This document shows, piece after piece, positions 50,271 through 63,963 of a stretch of 64,000 nt of DNA. The stretch spans positions 22,282,536 to 22,346,535 of the forward strand of contig NC_068986.1 in NCBI RefSeq assembly GCF_001194135.2. Direction: 5' to 3'. Under the pieces are notes generated by a model, which worked only from the letters and a program-made list of their open reading frames with translations, was not told the DNA's origin and did no database searches. Position 1 is the stretch's first letter. Every line of letters begins with the position of its first letter. The position numbers were made by a program, and so were the translations under genes. This stretch comes from Octopus bimaculoides. Its lineage: Eukaryota.

Positions 50271-53199
50271 ATATGATCATGGCTTTTAGGAAAGTGATAA
50301 TGGAGAAGTCACCCGAGTTCCAGATTAAACACATCACAGTTCTTAGCATCATATTTCTGGTTTCTAAGTTCAAGATTTTCAGGGGTTTGGTAAACTGAAC
50401 AAATTAAACATTAGCATCAGTTCAAATGATTAATTATCTCCCTTACATAAACAGACTTTGTACTTGATCATAACACTTATATTCAGTGATGTGGTGGGCG
50501 TGGCACTAGTGGTAGTTGTGGTGGTGATGGTAGTCTGTTGCATAATGCCAAGTATATTTAGTTTCCTTATTGTGTGTTGTATTCCAGAATACGATAATAT
50601 TAATTACCATGAATAGTGAAATTATTTTTGACTCGGCTGGAATGTCTTTCATCATAAATCTCTCCATTCAGATATGACCTGGGGTTAAACAACAATTATG
50701 AATAATTTTTTTTTATAAAAATGCTGTAAGGAAATTCTGTTCTATAACAAAACTTATGAACATCAATTTACAACTTTCTTCTTTTTTCGAGTTTACTTTT
50801 TAAGATTATCACATTTTTGTTCAGAAATTTTTATTTCATTGCATTCTTTTCTCTTTTTCGCTTTTCTTAGCATCATTTATTCACCTGCTTTGAAGAATAT
50901 CAACATGGCTGGAACTTCTAATCTATTGAACCGACATAGGAAACAGAAAAAAATGTCAGCCAGTTGTTGCATATGCTAAGGTTTTAACCCCACAAACTAT
51001 AAATCATTCTTGTGAAACAGGTGTGTATGTCTTCAAGCCATTAATGAAGGTAACTAAGATAGAATGGATACTCTAGAATGCTGGTTGAAAGGAACACTTA
51101 TGTGAAGAAATTGTATAGCCCTGTAGATAATGATAGTAGGATTGATTCACTCTGCTTGTTTCATCACAATGGTTGGCATTAGAGAGAGAAAATGGAAACT
51201 GTTGCTTGGAAACTGGAAATTATGTTGAAGGTAATGATGATGGTGAGGAACTATTGTTGCTGTCTTTAATTATGCTTATATTTAACTAGAATATTTGCAA
51301 ATAAATCATAGATAAAGAATTTGTGCATTCTAGAAATTTTAGAATGAGCTATAAACAAAAAATGTAGGCGTGAGGTAACTTTATATCTTTAAAAACAAAA
51401 ATGCCCTTTGTTGAAAAAAATCGTCTGAAACTAAAATAATTTATTGAAATACTTAGAATATATTTCTACTCTTGGGATTACCTTTGATAGAATACACTAC
51501 TGTTGCTTCTTCAAGTCAAGTGCTATCATTCAACCTGCTTGTCAATTGATCTAATCATAAAGTTGTTTTGCAGGTCGGTCAAAAACTGGTTTTGTGAAAT
51601 TTCAATTAAGTTTCCTCTGAATTTTTTTGTTTTCTCGTTGTAAACCTTGTTCACCTTAAAGTAAACCAGAGCAGATAACAACCTAGTTATTTAAACAGTA
51701 AAGGTTTTTCAGTACGTCTGGAACTATTTCTGTCATCAGGTTTAACACCACCACCTGGCCCAAAGTGTCTTTGTCATGTCAACGTACACTCTATTGAAGG
51801 CATTTAGGTTCAGGTCACTGGCTTAAGGGTAACTTTCTCCCTTCTTCTCCCACAAATCTTAAAGACCTTGAATAGTGTCATGGACACTGCCTTTCCTTCC
51901 TCCTCTCACTAAGTTATGTAATAAAATAAATTCTTAACATTTTTTACTTGAACATATATTGTTGGCAAAGTGGCGAGCTGGCAGAAACATTAGCATGCTG
52001 GGCAAAATGTTTAGCAATATTTCGTCTGTCTTTACGTTCTGAGTTCAAATTCCACCAAGGTTGACTTTGTCTTTCATCTTTTCAGGGTTGATAAATTAAG
52101 TACCAGTTGCATACTGGAGTCGATCTAATTGACTAGCCCATCCCCCAAAATTTCAGGTTTTGTGCCTAGAGTAGAAACAAATATATGTTGTCAGCACAAG
52201 CATGCTTGTGTGGTAAGAAGCTTGCTTCCCAATCACATGGTTTCAGGTTCAGTCCCATAGTGTGGCCCTTTGGGTATGTGTCTTCTACAATTGCCCCAAG
52301 GCATCCAAAGTGTTGCAAGTAGATGGAAACTGTAAGAAGCTAAGCTGATTTAACCTCTATCATCTTCCCTTGGTGGACCTCCTCTAATTTACTTATGGCA
52401 CTGTAAAGCTTTTATAATACTGTTATATTGTGATAGCTCAGGCTTGCATGTACTTCTCATAATATTTATATCTATCTGTCTGTTTGTCTGTATGTGTGTA
52501 CATGCGTGTGTGTGTTACTGTCTCCTTGCTTTGATTTTGCATGAGAGTTGTAAATGTGTGTCCTTGTCGTGCAAGTGGTGTCTTTCATTTCCAGTCTTCC
52601 ATGACCAAACATGTCTGGTCATGGGGAACTGTTACCTTACTTGGAAACAGGCCACGGTTGGCAACAGGAAGGGCATCTGTCCATAGAAACTACCCACTTC
52701 AACAAACTCTATCCAACTCATGCGAGTATGAAAAAATGGGCATTAAGATCATGATGATGATGACAATGATGACGACGATGACGATGATGTTGTTGTTGTT
52801 GTTGAATCAACTTAATTAGCTCTGCTTGATTAGGCTTGTGCTACAGTTGAAACCAATGAAATACTTCGAAATAATTCATAAGCCCAAGATGTCATGAATA
52901 CCATTCTCTTGTTTGATAGGCAACTTGTCTGTACTCTGAGTTTTTGTTGCCTCATTCTAAAGATAGTTGGGAGATCATATATTATTTTCATCGTCATCAT
53001 CATCATTTAACATCCATTGATAGCATTTTCCATAGACATTAAGCCTCCATACACACACACAGGCATGTAACTGACCCATACACTGTTCAATTTCCAGACA
53101 TTTGTACAATACTGCATATGCTTTATACATACTTTTGACCAGTTGTAGTGCACCTAAGCACTGTATACAATAATTTCATTATTATTATTATTATTATTA

Positions 53200-53239
<40 letters not shown>

Positions 53240-53242
<3 letters not shown>

Positions 53243-53640
53243 GACATGGGTTGGACAGTTTGACAGAAGCTGGCCAGCTCAAAGGCTGTTTAGGATCCTT
53301 GTCTGTTCTGGCATGGTTTCTACGGCTGAATGCCCTTACAATTGCCAACTACTGTACAGAGTGTACTGGGTGCTTTTACACAGCACCAGCATGGGTGTTT
53401 TTTACATGGCACCAGCACCTACAAGCCAGCAAGATTAGAGTGTAAACCTATATGCAGGGGCAACCACACTTTTACTTAGCTTGATGTGTCTATTCAAGCA
53501 CAGAAAACCTCCAGGAGTCTCAGTCTTTTGTCATCCTTTCTGAGTCCCAATCTCTGTAGATCCTTTCTCACAACTTTGTCCCACGTTTTCCTAGGTCTAC
53601 CCCTTCCACATGTTCCCTCCACAGTTAGAACTTGGCACTC
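53240..53640 (-). mobile_element. RTE LINE 3' coding end plus UTR
   Basis: CQVLTVEGTCGRGRPRKTWDKVVRKDLQRLGL carries the RTE C-terminal GRP.K.W motif. It ends in aacccatgtcat+(AAT)n. Confidence 0.8.
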
Positions 53641-53970
53641 TATTTTATATTCCGATTGGTGAACAACAGCATTGTTGGTCATAAATATCTAATAGATGAA
53701 TTACTGGTTTATAACAATTTAAATGATAAGAAGAATAGGGGAGTATATCTCATTGCAGAACAAATATCAACAGGGTCTAGATTTAGAAAACATTTGTTTG
53801 TTTCATTTTCTTGTTAGATGTTTGTATCCTTTACCAATATATGTCAGTGAAAGATACATACATTCACACACACATAAACGCATACATAGACACCCGTTCA
53901 TACAACAAACAAACTCATGCACACACAAACACATGCACAAGCACACGGATAAGTATGTGCTCACGTAAAC

Positions 53971-54003
<33 letters not shown>

Positions 54004-55243
54004 TATAAACACACAAATACACACTCACACACACAAGCATACATAAGCACACACTCACATATAAACACACACATGCACATGCAAAAACATGCACACACAC
54101 AAGCACAAGCATGAACACACATAAAAATGCTCTCTCACACACACATGCACGTGCGCACACTGGGTGTGGATATTCTTTACCTTCACCATGTTTGTGTGTG
54201 TGTGCATTGCATTTGCACACAGTATCTGTCTATCAAATTCCACTCATAAAGCATTGGTCAACCCAAGATAGAAGCTTGTTTTGCTCAAGGTCCTACACAA
54301 AGGGATCAAATACCCAACCCATTTGGTCACAAAGTGACTGTCTTAACTGCTTAACCAGGACTGCACCTATAAAGTAGCTTTGCTACTTTTTGTTAAGTTC
54401 ACGAGGATCCTGTTGGAGAACAAAGTCTAGATGACAGGTGTTGACAGAAAGAACCAGTTACACTACCGCCTTTCACACTATCTGAATAACTTCACTTTAC
54501 TTTATAACATTATTTTGTACTCTGTGCTTTGTGTATGAGAGTGTGAGCATGTTAATGTGTGTGTGTGTGTGTGTGCGTGTGTGTGTGTGTGTGTGTGTGC
54601 ATGCACGCACTTATGAGTTATACTTACTTTTCTTCCTAATTACATCTCACACCATTGTTAGTGCTTGAGATTTTTTTTTTTGTATTTCTTATAAAACACT
54701 TGAACTTAGTGTCCTGTCTTTCTTATCACCAGACTAAAATTGTTCTGATACCAAGCCTGAAAATGATTTGAAAGAGTAAGCAATTTCGTGGAAAAGTTAA
54801 ATAAGGAGGGAAACAAGATTGAATGCAAAATGTTTCAGGCTCTTATTCCGGCCATTACAAAGATTTGATATCACAACACAGCCCCTAAGAAATGTAGGGG
54901 ATGTCATGTGACACTATATATTGTAAGCCTGTTGAGGTTATTTATAAAGAGACACATATCTATATTGTAAACATTGTGCTTTAGTGTCACAGATGGTAGA
55001 ACTGGTTGAGCATCAGACAAAATAACTTGTATTGTTCTGAGCGCAAATTCCATCCGGGTTGAATTTGCTACTCATTCATCGGATCTTTGAGGTTTTCGTC
55101 ATTGTTTACAATTATCTTTAAAAAAAATTTTTTTAATGTATCATATAGATGTAATTATATAGATATGAGTAATATATGGTATTAAGGAAGGATAGGAAAA
55201 TATTAGATTTATAAGCCCTAAAATTCACTTTATACTTGCTCAC

Positions 55244-55383
55244 GGGTATATGGCGTAGTGGTTAAGAGCGCGGGCTACTAAACCCAACAATTCCGAGTTC
55301 GATTCCAAGCAATGACCTGAATTATCATAATAATTATTATTATAAAAACAACGAAAAATACGTGAGGAATGAGAACCCAGGTT
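55244..55383 (+). mobile_element. tRNA-derived SINE head (not a functional tRNA)
   Basis: A box tggcgtagtgg, anticodon-like arm cggg-ctactaa-accc, B box gttcgattcc. No paired acceptor stem. Followed by an AAT-rich tract. Confidence 0.6.
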
Positions 55384-55711
55384 TGGAGGGTGTAAATAAT
55401 GTTATTCATTTATTGCAGAAAATTTTTGCGAAAGTGTTACAAAGTTTGAACAGCGCATTTTCTTCCATGGATTGGCATGTCAAAACATTGCTAGAAATAA
55501 CAGTCAAAACATTAAAATATGAATGAAATTAACATTAAAACATTTGAGAGCAAAATTAAATATTTAAAAGCAACAAACCAACCAACCGAAGTTGCTAGAA
55601 ACAACAGTCAAAACAGTGTTTAAAGCAGACATTATTCAAGAGTTGATAAAATAAGTAACATTCAAGTACTTAGGTAAACGTAAGCCACTATAACCTTGAA
55701 AAATTAAAAAA

Positions 55712-55846
55712 TTTATCTCTATAGATTTTCTAGAAAATTCAGAGCCAGAAGTGCGACTCATGATGTTTACATAGATGTATTTGTTTACGAAACGTCATAA
55801 CTTGCTGTGCTAGTCCTGAATTCAATAGGAAATCTATAGAGATAAA
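55712..55846. mobile_element. Short palindromic element / MITE
   Basis: 31-bp inverted arms tttatctctatagattttctagaaaattcag / ctgaattcaataggaaatctatagagataaa, plus an inner atgatgttt / aaacgtcat. Confidence 0.6.
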
Positions 55847-58275
55847 CTTAAAATTGAAAATATTGCCCTGCTAATACAAGGTAAGACACAAAATTGACTT
55901 GAAAACCTGTAATATACTGGTTGCAAAACGAAATATGCCTTACCAGCAATTGATTCTCAAAGTGGTCCCTCAACAGAGACTCAGTCCAATGATTGAATCT
56001 AGTAAAACGTTTGATCTTTCCATTATTTAAATTGATATCAGTATTAATTAGCTTAATAATATGGATAATATAGTAATACTATTGATATAGCGTGACCGAA
56101 TGATGGAGAAGTTCACTTTGCAATCATGAGGTACAATGTTCGACCCTACAGTATGCCATCTTTGGCAAGTATCTTTTACCATAGTCTCAGGTAAACCAAA
56201 ATGTCATGAGTGAAATCAAACAGACAGTAGCAACATGGAAGTTTGTTTGATTCATTGTAAATATAATTCAAAGTTTCAATCTTGTCATGTATCGCACTGG
56301 TTCCACTGGTGAATTATGTTAAGGCCACATATGACTGTGGAATACTCAACTACTCAGACAGTCAATGAGCAAGTAGTTCTGTTGATTGAATAACTGAATA
56401 TTCATATTTGAAACCAATGAAGGTCCAATTACTTTTACTTTTCTAACAAATAATATGAATTTCCTTTGATTAGGTACAAAACCAATTTTTACAGATTTTA
56501 TGTATAGAAACAATTGAATTGTCACTAGATTCTCATTGGTATTCATTTTTTGGAAAACGGGTAGGCATCCAAGTATGTGGGTATCTTGAAAATACTTCAT
56601 GGAGTTTGAACTGTGCCCGGCATAGTTACAAGCTGCACTTTGGCAAGGCACAGCTACCTTGCCAGGGATATGGTGAAATCATGGGACTGCTGCAGGATGG
56701 ACTGTAGAAAGACAGGAAGAGCTCAACTGAGCCAATAGTGCTTCTTACATTGATGCTGAGCAGAGGAATCCCGGAGGATCAACAGACAGGATCATTAAAC
56801 TCTATCAAGATAATAACTGTAATGTAGCCATAGGGACAGCGTCCATGGTTGTGTAATCAGCTAATGAAATATTCATTATGACTCAAGCTCCCAGTTCAAA
56901 TAGGAATAACAGAATTGGGGGTGATGACTGAAAGCCACTGGAATCTGTGGGAGCAGTGTGACCGAACATAAAGTAAGTAAAGCCCTCCACCTGTTAGATT
57001 TAGACTCTGAATATCTTCTTCTTTGCTCTACACCACATTACTCATGGAAAGCACATGTTTTTCACTGGACTTTTCTTGCATAGTTTGGCAGTCCAGGTGC
57101 AGATGAGGTAACACTTGTGTGGAAGGCTGTTGGCTCACAGTGAGCTCATCCATTGTTTGACAAGTCTTGCTTTTAGTCATACAGAGTATCTACAATATTT
57201 TCTTCACCTGGCAAGCCAGGTAGGGGAGCAAGTTTAGTCACTGGCCACCCAACCATGGAAGTAGTTCTCAGAATATAGAAAGACAAAGTCATGGCTGGAT
57301 GGTGAAGAAGCTTTCTTCCTAACTATGTGGTCTTGGGTTCAGTTACATTGTGACACCCTGAGCAAGTGTCTTCTACTATTAAGCCTGTTGTAAGTGGATT
57401 TGGTTGATGGAAACTAAAAGAAGCCTACTATATATGTGTATGTGTGTGTATTTATATGTATATGTATGTGTGTGTGATTGTGTGTGTTATGTTTGCATTT
57501 GAAGATTTGTAAACAAAAGTCTCATTCATACAGTATTGTTTGTTTGTTTCCTTGTTCTCTGCATAACCATGTCTGTGCTGTAAGTTGTTTGATTGAGTGG
57601 AAGATTATTACTCTACAATGAAACAAGGGTAAGCTGGCAACACACTCTTGCTATAACACACTCTTGTTCTGATCCATGCAAGAATGAATAAATAGATGTT
57701 AAAACAATAATGATGACAATGTCAGCAACAACGGTGACAAAGGCGATGTTGATGATGACAAAGACAATGATGATGACGATGATGATGAAGAATTAAGTTA
57801 AATCCAATAAAACACTTCTGGTACTCTTCCATTTTCACCAATTTGCTTCTTCACTAAATAGCTTGTGATGGTATAGATATTGTGATAAATTATTAAGTAT
57901 ATTTATAATTGTATATATTTTGTGTGTGTATCTCTTCCCTCACGTAATAAACTCACAAGTGAAAGAGGGGAGCATCTATGCATTTGTTTGATTTGATAGA
58001 AATAGCTGCAGTACCTTCCTCAAATCGCATCCTACCATCTTAGCAAAAGCATTGGACACATTGAACAAAGAAGGAATGATCACAGCTAGGATGACTTTGA
58101 TCACAGGTATGTTTGATCAGGGCCAACCCGGGGTTAAACGACAACACCAACAGCAGTTAAATTCATGTTAGTTGGGTAGAATAAGGAGGAGGAGGAGGAG
58201 GAGGAGGAGGAGAAGAAGAAGAAGAAGAAGAAGAAGAAGGTGGTAGTGGTGGTAGTGGTGTATGGTGATGCTTAC

Positions 58276-58371
58276 CTTGTTGATACTTTGATATATCTGC
58301 ATCAGTTTGGAGAATAATTGAGAAGAATTTTTATGCCAATGTCTTGCTAAACTGCCATATTTGTGGTGTTG
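58276..58371 (-). other. Candidate 96-bp exon (phase 0/0)
   Basis: Strong donor AAG|gtaagc and an open frame QHHKYGSLARHWHKNSSQLFSKLMQIYQSINK, but the acceptor has a poor pyrimidine tract. Confidence 0.15.
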
Positions 58372-58916
58372 CTATACATCTGTCTGTTCTCAGCTGTCAT
58401 AAGCAGGTTTAATACATGTTTGTTGCTAAACAGCAGGTTATAAAAATAAATAGATGGTTAGAACTGATAAGGATGAAAATAACAATAATCACAGTTCCTA
58501 TTAAAAATCATTGCCTATAAAACATTTTTTTCTCCGTTTTGTTTTTAAATCAGAAAATTTTGAATTATACAAATCATTAAGTTTTGATGTTATTCATTAT
58601 AAATTACTGTTTATTTTATTCATTTATTTGTTTGTTTATTGCTTACAATTAAAATTTTCTGTTTAGAATTGTAAAAAGAGAAAAATATGCTCTTGGTTCC
58701 ATAATTTAATTTTCTACTTCTATTAAATCTTATTTGCTTCAATCTCTCATTATATTATAAAAAGAATATAATAATATTGATTTTTTACATAAACACAAAT
58801 TCATATGAATGTACCCATTTATAATACAAGTATTATTTCATTGTCCCAGGAAAGATTAAAGGTAAATTTGACCATGACAGATTTGAACTAGGAACTGAAA
58901 GGGATAAAATTATATA

Positions 58917-59387
58917 CAGGTCATTGTCAATTTATGACCTATCCGACTTATGACCAATCGACTTTTTGACGATTGATGTGCCAGCTCCTAGCAGCAATAA
59001 TAAATAGTCCAGCTGAAATCTAATGGGTTTAATTTCTTAGAAATTAACCCCTCTACGGATAATGTCAGCTAACAAACGCTTCCCCTAGGTTTCGTTATCG
59101 ATTGCCACTGTGGTTATCCTGAGTGTTGGATGAATATTCTGTCGCGGAGACATTGAGGTGACCTTGTATTTGTTAAAAAGATGACTGTTTGAAACTCCAA
59201 AATTTTTGACTGACACCAATATAATAGTACAATACAGAATGCTGTGTGTGACTTTCACCTGAGAATGTACCTTAAGAATGTAAAAATATAAAACAAAGCT
59301 ATGTAGGCCTATAGGCCAACTTACAGACAAATCAACTTATGACTAGTCAGTCAGAACCAATTGTAGTCATAAGTCGACAGTGACCTG
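58917..59387. mobile_element. pogo/Tigger-type MITE
   Basis: TA|caggtcattgtcaatttatgac .. gtcataagtcgacagtgacctg|TA, with subterminal gacttatgac repeats. Confidence 0.85.
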
Positions 59388-59864
59388 TACTGTAAAATAT
59401 CTAATACAATGCTCTATCAGTTTTGATTTTAATATTTATTGCCTTTAGGGAAACAAGCTAGCAAAATCATTAGCATGCTGGGCAAAGTGCTTAGTAGCAT
59501 TTTGTGCTTCTTTATGTTCTGAGTTCAAATTCTACCAAAGTCTACTTGGCCTTTTATCCTTTCAGGGTCAATAAAATAATACCAGTTGAGCACAGGGGTT
59601 GATGTAATCGACTCATCCCATTCCCTGAATTTGCTGGTCTTTTGCCAAAATTTGAAACCAATATATATGCCTTTGTTAAGAAGACATAAGTCCTATTATT
59701 TTTGGGAAAAGTGCTATGGAGTGTGTGACACCTTAAACCCTTTTTCTTTCTGTATTTCTGTTGGGGTACATAAAGACAGATACTAAAATCTTGAGGAGAA
59801 TAAATGCAGGATGGAAGGCATTCACCTCAATAAAAGAGACATTAAATTGACATAAAATTGATGG

Positions 59865-60085
59865 CAATGACGGTGATGACTATAGTGACGGTGGTGATGA
59901 CGATGACGACGACGATGACAATGATAACAATGACAATAATGACAATGACCATAATGATGATGCCTATGATGATGATAATGATGAAAATGATGATGAGGAG
60001 GAGGAAGATGATAATAATGATGTGTCAATGGTGGTGGCAAAGGTAGAAACAGTGGTGATGATGGTGATGATGATGATGTGATAGT
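59865..60085. repeat. Degenerate (GAT/GAC/GGT)n microsatellite
   Basis: Directly visible. Confidence 0.9.
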
Positions 60086-60637
60086 GATCTTAACATCAAA
60101 GACGATGAGGATAATGACATGTAGGATATAAATATCAGCCAGAAAACAAGCAAAAGAAAATTGATGCTTTGTGATGAAAGTCCCTAGTGACATTTGTTCT
60201 GCATCGAATTATAAGCAACTCTTTCATCGTTCTTATCATGAGAAATGCAGTGAACCCATGATTGGCCCATCAGAAACATGTAACCAATGCTGCCATTGTT
60301 TACCAATTGGGGTTTTAAAAGAAACAAACAAAACAACACACAAAATTCTGGTGATGTTTGCTATCTTAAATTACATTTAGAAACTGGTTAATATGGTAAA
60401 TTCCATTGTTTCTACAGTGATGTGGAAGAGAATATCTTGCATTCTATAAAGGACTTACAATTATAATACAAATAACATTGCTCTTTATTCTGTTTATTAT
60501 CTTTTTCATATCAAAGAGCAGTGTCAATATGACCTTTTGATAAAAAGGCCACATTCCTAAAAAACAAGATACAGAAATTCACAAACCATTTACTTTGATT
60601 AATGGATAATCTTGAGCCAATGAAGCTCACTCTATAT

Positions 60638-60986
60638 CAGAAGTTCTCAACTGGGGCCCATATAGTCCCTTAGGGTCCATATAAAATTTTGTGGGGTCCA
60701 CGCGACAAGATAGTAAATTGGGTATCCACAATAATATTCTAAGGGCCCCTGAAAAAATTTTACTTTAGATATATGTATTGGTATATATTGCAAGGAACAG
60801 CTGGGTTTCTTTCTCTAACATTTTACATTGTTCAACCTACACAAGTGAATGTGTGAAAAACAAAATAGGAATTTTGAAAGAAGTTTTTATAAAACTAGTT
60901 TTTAAATATCAAATGGCTATGGGGGTCCACCAGAATAAAATAGTAATCAAAGGGGTCCATAGATAACAAATGGTTGAGAACCCCTG
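60638..60986. mobile_element. hAT (Charlie-like) MITE nested in a family E copy
   Basis: TIRs cagaagttctcaac / gttgagaacccctg. Perfect 8-bp TSD ctctatat (60630-60637, 60987-60994). Confidence 0.9.
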
Positions 60987-61457
60987 CTCTATATGGTTGC
61001 TTGACTTGCTAGAAATAGTAGCCAAATCTTCCTCTAGTTTCAACCCTTTTGTCTTAAACCATGTGATACACAGGACATGTTTCCCTGGTAGCCATGCAAA
61101 ATATATGATACACAATCCCAATTATTTTCAACCATCAGAGTAATTTGGGATTTATGAAAGGAAAGCTTTATATTACTCTGAACCTATGAAACAAGGGCTT
61201 AACCAAAAGTCTGAAAACAAGCATGGACGTTTAGGACAAACTTATGAAAATGCTTTGAACAAGCAAAGGGTTAGAAAAATAGGACGGACTTATTGTCTAA
61301 TGCCGTGCCACTAAATATATTATGTCAGAATGAAAGACAAACTAGTCATGGCTGGAATGTCTTGGATCATAGGCTTATATACTCAGGGATAACCTAGGGT
61401 CGTACAACTTGAACAAATTTAAAAGCATTTTCCGGAAGCATATATATATACATATAT

Positions 61458-61842
61458 AGATGCTGGTGTAGTTGCGTGGTAAAAAGTTTGCTCCTAAACC
61501 ACATGGTTCTGGGTTCAGTCCCACTACGTGGCACCTTGGGCAAATGTCTTCTACTGTAGCCTCTAGCAAATCAAAGCCTTGCGAGTGGATTTGGTGGATG
61601 GAAACTGACAGAAGCCTGTTGTGTGTGTGTCTTTGTGCCTGTGTTTGTCCCCTAGTACCACTTGACAACTGGTGTTGGTATGTTTACATCCCCATAACCT
61701 AGCAGTTTGGCAAAAGAGACCAATAGGATAAGTACTTGGGTTAAAAATATAAATACTGGAGTTGATTTGTTCAACCAAAATTCTTCAAAGTCATGCCCCA
61801 GGATGGCTGCATTCTAATGACTGAAACAAGCAAAAGATAAAA
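61458..61842 (+). mobile_element. SINE family B, full length
   Basis: Colinear with 35022-35411. Confidence 0.85.
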
Positions 61843-62598
61843 GTTAGTAACAAGACTTACTACAAAATACAAAACAAAAAAGAAAAATGTAATGCTCTTC
61901 AATGTGACCTCCAAATGTCTTACTCCATTAATGTATTAAAATATACAATCTACATTGATTTGTGGTCCATCACTTCAAAAAAACTATCATATCAGCCAGA
62001 ATTATTTGATACAAATGGAATTATATTTCCTTCTCTCTTCACAGCAGTGCTATCCTTGATTCTGACACTCAGCAGTGGTAGAATTTTGTAGTATGAGGAA
62101 ATGGATGTTACATGACAATGACAGCTTTTTTATCTCATAGAATCCCAGAAAATTTTAACAGAACTTTGAGGGAGCCTTGAAATCACCCACTTTGGAAAAT
62201 ATTGGTCTATACAGGAATAATAATTGAACAATAATATAATTTGATTAGCTCTAATTGCTTTCTTTGTCATTCATGTGTTATAATCCAATATTTTTTATTG
62301 CATGCTCTAAGTATTATTAATATCACTATTACTCTATAAAAAATTCATAACAGCCATAACATAAGCTAATAAATGTAAATCTCTAAGTGAATATTGTTCT
62401 TTCTGTGCTCCAGTCTTGAACTTTTATATTAATAATACTGCAGTTTTTTCAAATTAACTGCTGACCTCAGTTCTTGAAAAACAGATTTACACATCATTTA
62501 TAATGAGATTTCCTGAAGTACTTCATGCAAAATATTTGAATATGATTAATATGAGTGGCAGAAGAGAAAGATGGCTGAAAGAATTGCCTTGAAAGGGC

Positions 62599-62815
62599 TT
62601 AACACTTTGTTACTATATTTCTGTTGAAATACACTGCCTTTGTTCCAATTAATTTTGGAAATAATGAAGAATTTAGTAAAATAACTTTGCTGTTATTAAA
62701 CTGGTATCTGGAACATAAATTAACATAAATGGTTTTAGTTGAGATCATTTTGAAACAGGAAGTTTTTATCATAGAACTACAGGTGGTCTCAAGCTGGTTG
62801 TGTCAAAAGGGTTAA
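62599..62815. mobile_element. piggyBac-type MITE, copy 3
   Basis: ttaa|cactttg..caaaaggg|ttaa. Homologous to 6894-7107. Confidence 0.7.
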
Positions 62816-63963
62816 TTTTATCTTTCAGTGCTGAATTTTATTTATTTATGTGTTTGCCTTTCATCTCTTCTGGCTTGATAAAACAAGTACCTAGAATACA
62901 TTTAAAAAATATTTTGATGGCTTAGTCAGAGGAAGAAGGATAACAAGGGTGTGGTGAAGTGGGAACTCTTAGGCTAGTGGGAGTGGAGAAAAAAGACATG
63001 AATTTTCTACCAGTGGAAGCAGCTGCTTAAGACCTGGGTCTGAATGGCTTGAACAGAGAGATCACTGTAAGTTAAGGGCAAAAAAAAAAATAATAATAAT
63101 AATAAAATAAATAAATAAAGGCAAAAAAAAAAGAAAAGAAACTAAATGGTGATATCCAACCATGCAAAGCATTAAGTCTACCAGCTCAAAACAGGTACAA
63201 ACAATAAAAATAGCCTTCACACAGGTTTTGCCAACCCAATTTCATTCACAAAAAAATTATGTTAGACTTGTAGGAGATCTCTACCTCAAATCAGCTGACA
63301 TGAACTATGGAAACTGCTACTAATCTAAAATAAGGGACACATATATTCTATCGCTCTTTCTCATCTATACACAACCACACAAACTGTCCAACTAGAATGA
63401 GCAGAATTTTCCATCATTCTGTTATTTTCTTTCTTGGAGCCATCACATTCCATTCAAATCTTTAACAATAAAACTCATAATGAACTGAGAGCAAATAGTT
63501 ATTCTTCTCATTCACTCATTGCTGATCTCATTCAACTAACATTTCTTTTATATTATTGTTAAAGACATGAAGCTATGATAGAAGGTAGAAGACACTTGCC
63601 CAAGATGCTGCACAGTGGATATGAACTTGGGACTATATGACTGCACGACAAACTTCTAAACCACTACAGCCATACCTGCACTCAAGTACATTAAAGTCAA
63701 TACAATCAATTTGATCCTGTTCTCTACCTTGTGCCTTTGACCTTGTGCCAATATAAGAAATCAATATTTGAATATGTTAATGGAAAAAACACTATCAGAT
63801 CATGATAGATAATCAATACACTGGTGGTGAATATATATATTAAATATCACAATATGATAATCGAGAAGAAATCATTAAGAATATATATATATATGTGTAT
63901 ATATACACAAGCATATATATGTATGTGTGTGTGTGTGTGTGTGTGTATATATAAAACACACAC

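Noticed and set aside
51500-51850. Protein-like text on the minus strand (..GEQGLQRENKKFRGNLIEISQNQFLTDLQNNF..)
   Set aside because: It is interrupted by stops, has no clear splice sites and matches no family I recognise.
54734-54776. 43-bp plus-strand exon-like segment with good splice signals (similar cases near 24479-24534, 48811 and 50870)
   Set aside because: Most have stops in all frames or lack a partner site. Cryptic splice-like sites are common in AT-rich DNA and I have no independent support.
55244-55320. Possible functional tRNA gene
   Set aside because: The acceptor and T stems do not pair properly, and it runs into a SINE-like body.
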